Positions 61,160-64,000 of a stretch of DNA of 64,000 nt are shown here, one piece after another (within the stretch, counting starts at the first letter, position 1; each line of letters opens with the position of its first letter). The stretch is from positions 6,491,337 through 6,555,336 of the forward strand of contig NC_052172.1 in NCBI RefSeq assembly GCF_902713615.1, read 5' to 3'. The notes beneath the pieces were generated by a model that was not told where the DNA came from, did not search any database, and saw only the letters and a list, made by a program, of their open reading frames with translations. The stretch comes from Scyliorhinus canicula. Taxonomy: Eukaryota. Position numbers and translations under genes: made by a program.

Positions 61160-63030
61160 CTCACTTTTGGCACAATCTAAATGGACGTTTCTGGGTGCGA
61201 TCTGATGGAAAAGTCATTTGTCACAGATTTTTCATGGGAGCGTCCCACCGGCTCTGTCGGCGAGTTCCCCACCGCTATCGAACCACACCAAGCGTGTGAT
61301 TGTGTGGCCAAGTTGTGCTGAAGCGAGGCTGTTAAATCGCAGGAGAGACCAGAGAATCATAGAATCCCTACAGTGCAGAAAGAGGCCAATCAGCCCATCA
61401 AGCCTGCAATGACCCTCTGAAACAGCGCCCTACCGAGGCCCATACCCCACATTACCCCATAACCCCACCAAGGGCCACATTAGCATGGCGAAGCCATCAA
61501 ACCTGCACATCTTTGGCATGTGGGAAAAGACCGGAGCGTCCGGAGGAAACCCACGCAGACATGAGGGGAATGTGCAAACTCCACACAGACAGTGACCCAA
61601 GGTTAGAATCGAACCCGAGTCCCTGGCGCAGTGCAGCGCTAACCAGTGTGCCACTGTGGCACCAATTACTGAAAAGAGAACTGCACCGGGCATTGATCCG
61701 TTTGCGATCTAACTGGCCCACTCCCTTTGGTGGAATTCGGACCCCAATGCAGTGTGTCGAGAAACCGATAATCACCACTTAATCTCCCTCCAATTAACGG
61801 CCTCCCATGATCTGAACCCCTCCCCAGCAAGTGGTCCTGTGGGCACCGATTAGTTGCCCTTTTTGAAAACGAGAACCTCGTGGAAGGGCTGCTGAGGGGA
61901 CCCGAGGAGGTGGGTCGCCATCTTCACCCACAGGCACAGAGCACGGGGTCACTGGGGTTGCTGCAAGGCCGCCCCACTATAAATCATGAATTGGCCCACT
62001 TAAAGTGGCCCTCCAGGTTTAACGCTGCAAATCACCATCTGTCAGCTGATTCACTGGGACCGCACTCTCCAGCCCCCTGCTAACAAGTGACAGCAGGACT
62101 TGCACAGCCAGCCCCACTCAGCTTGCAGCCGAGCTCCAAGGATACCAGCCACAGTTTGGTGGTACCGACTTGGGAAGCCTGCTGGACATGGTGGATGTGA
62201 CAAAGGAGGTCCTAATTTGCCGAGTGTCCAGGAGGGTCAGCCACAGGTCAGCCAGTGTCGCCTGGGAACACTGCCATGCACTGCCGTAAGAAGGTCAACC
62301 ACCTCCACGGCGTCACAGTGGAGGTTGGCATTGGACCACCAGTAGCCTCTCAGGAATGTGTCTGGCACCGCCCCCACCCAGCTCCGTTCCATTTCCCTGC
62401 AGAACCATAGCCAGCCGTGCCACTCATGCCGCCCAATACTCCGCCCACCCTAGCCATGTGCTATGTGCTCACCCATAAGCCCTAGTCCCGCATACTCCGC
62501 TTTCCTCTCCCTTCCTTACCACCCCCCTCATATGGCCCACACCCCCCCCCCCCACACCCCCAATATGGCCATTTCCCCGCAGCCCCCACGAGCCTCCCAA
62601 GCCCCGCGGTGAAAGATGCGTGCTGCACCGATACCCCCTCTGTGTGCTCACAGGAGAAGCTGGCTCACAACAGGAGGGAGAGGATCCAGACAGGCAGCAG
62701 AGTGCCAGATATACGAGTCCTCGCCCCCGACGAGGAACAGGCCCTGGTGGTTCCGGGACTGGGTGAGGACAGATCAGGAACCAACGTGGATGTCGGACTA
62801 CGCCGCAGAGAAGAGGATCCACCGACACGCTTCAAGGTGCTCTGTCACATGTGAGTTGTTATTGCCTTCCAGACTGACCCAGTAACTGTGCTCCAGAAGC
62901 TCAGCATCTGACATTTCCCACCGAGTTGTGTATCTCTGGCTGGTTGAGCGGGGCGTGACAGCTGTGTCTTGGATAAGCTGGTGTTCTCGGCACTCCCCTC
63001 TGGGGAGTTCCCATGGGATGCAGTGGGGGA
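61160..63030 (+). mobile_element. Probable PIF/Harbinger transposon relic with a Myb/SANT-like gene fragment
   Basis: ~62131-62323: QPQFGGTDLGSLLDMVDVTKEVL..AWE..CRKKVNHL; acceptor at 62653, then EKLAHNRRERIQTGSRVPDIRVLAPDEEQAL. Pattern recognised from memory of the Myb_DNA-bind_5/MSANTD type; no search was run. Confidence 0.55.
61370..61660 (-). mobile_element. V-SINE
   Basis: Core and head. Confidence 0.82.
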
Positions 63031-64000
63031 CCGTAATATACATGGACTTCAGTAAGGCATTTTATAAAGTTTCCCATGGCAAGTTGATGGAAAGAGAGAA
63101 GTCGTATGGGGTTCAGGGTGCACTAGCTAGATGGATAAAGAATTGGCTGGGCAACAGGAGACAGAGAGTAGTGGTGGAAGGGAGTGTCTCAAAATGGAGA
63201 AAGGTGACTTGTGGTGTTCCACAGGGATCTGTGCTCGGACCACTGTTGTTTGTGATATACATAAATGATCTGGAGGAAGGTATAGGTGGTCAGCAAGTTT
63301 GCAGATGACACTAAAATTGGTGGAGTTGCAGATAGCGAGGAGGACTGTCAGAGAATACAGCAAAATATAGATAGATTGGAGCGTTGGGCAGAGAAATGGC
63401 AGATTGAGTTCAATCCAGGCAAATGCGAGGTGATGCATTTTGGAAGATCTAATTCAAGAGCGGACTATATGGTCAATGGAAGAGTCCTGGGGAAAATTGA
63501 TGTACAGAGAGATCTGGGAGTTCAGGTCCATTGTACCCTGAAGGTGGCAACGCAGGTCGACAGAGTGGTCAAGAAGGCATACAGCATGCTTGCCTTCATC
63601 GGACGGGGTATTGAGTACAAGAGTAGGCAGGTCATGTTACAGTTGTCTAGAACTTTGGTGAGGCCACATTTGGAATACTGCATGCAGTTCTGGTCACCAG
63701 ATTACCAGAAGGATGTGGATCCTACAGAGAGGGTGCAGAGGAGGTTCACCAGGATGTTGCCTGGTATGGAGGGTGCTAGCTATGAAGAAAGGTTGAGTAG
63801 ATTAGGATTGTTTTCATTGGAAAGACGGAGATTGAGGGGGGACCTAATTGACGTCGACAAAAGTATGAGAGGTATGGACAGGGTGGATAGCAACAAGCTT
63901 TTTCCAAGATTGGGGGTGTCAATTACAAGGGGTCACGATTTCAAGGTGAGAGGGGGAAAGTTTAAGGCAGATGTGCGTGGAAAGTGTTTTACGCAGAGGG
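63030..64000 (+). mobile_element. CR1 RT/3' fragment running past the window end
   Basis: [28 protein letters not shown] remnants. Confidence 0.9.

Noticed and set aside
1121-61660. tRNA-like A/B-box sequences
   Set aside because: They are the heads of V-SINEs, not tRNA genes.
395-63438. Most short ORFs in the supplied track
   Set aside because: They are SINE or CR1 translations, antisense readings of V exons, or microsatellite artefacts.
1-64000. D, J, C segments, 12-RSS and trypsinogen genes expected near a TRB locus
   Set aside because: No FGxG J motif with RSS, C1 domain or trypsin motif was found by eye. They presumably lie outside the window, with D-J-C toward lower coordinates if joining is deletional.

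Overview
Vertebrate genomic DNA, inferred to be elasmobranch (shark) from its HE1/V-SINE and CR1 repeat content; the species cannot be determined from the sequence alone. The window is part of a T-cell receptor V-gene array, most likely TCR beta (TRB). All V genes are on the minus strand, with a leader exon, an intron, a V exon and a 3' 23-bp-spacer RSS. There are nine apparently intact genes: four of 'family A' (ending YFCACS, ~6.2-24.3 kb) and five of 'family B' (ending YYCAWS, resembling human TRBV30, ~31.9-57.3 kb). There are also three V pseudogenes and one orphan leader/promoter. No D, J, C or trypsinogen sequence was seen. The array grew by tandem segmental duplication and is filled with CR1 LINE fragments (one near full length), a Rex1/Babar LINE fragment, many V-SINEs, palindromic hairpin elements, a Tigger/pogo transposase fossil and a probable Harbinger Myb-gene relic. 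The most striking non-coding signal is a CTCF motif exactly 21 bp beyond the RSS nonamer of all four family A genes, co-oriented with two intergenic CTCF motifs. This recalls the RSS-proximal CTCF sites that steer RAG scanning at mouse Igh. V-gene, RSS and motif coordinates were counted base by base; transposon boundaries are approximate.
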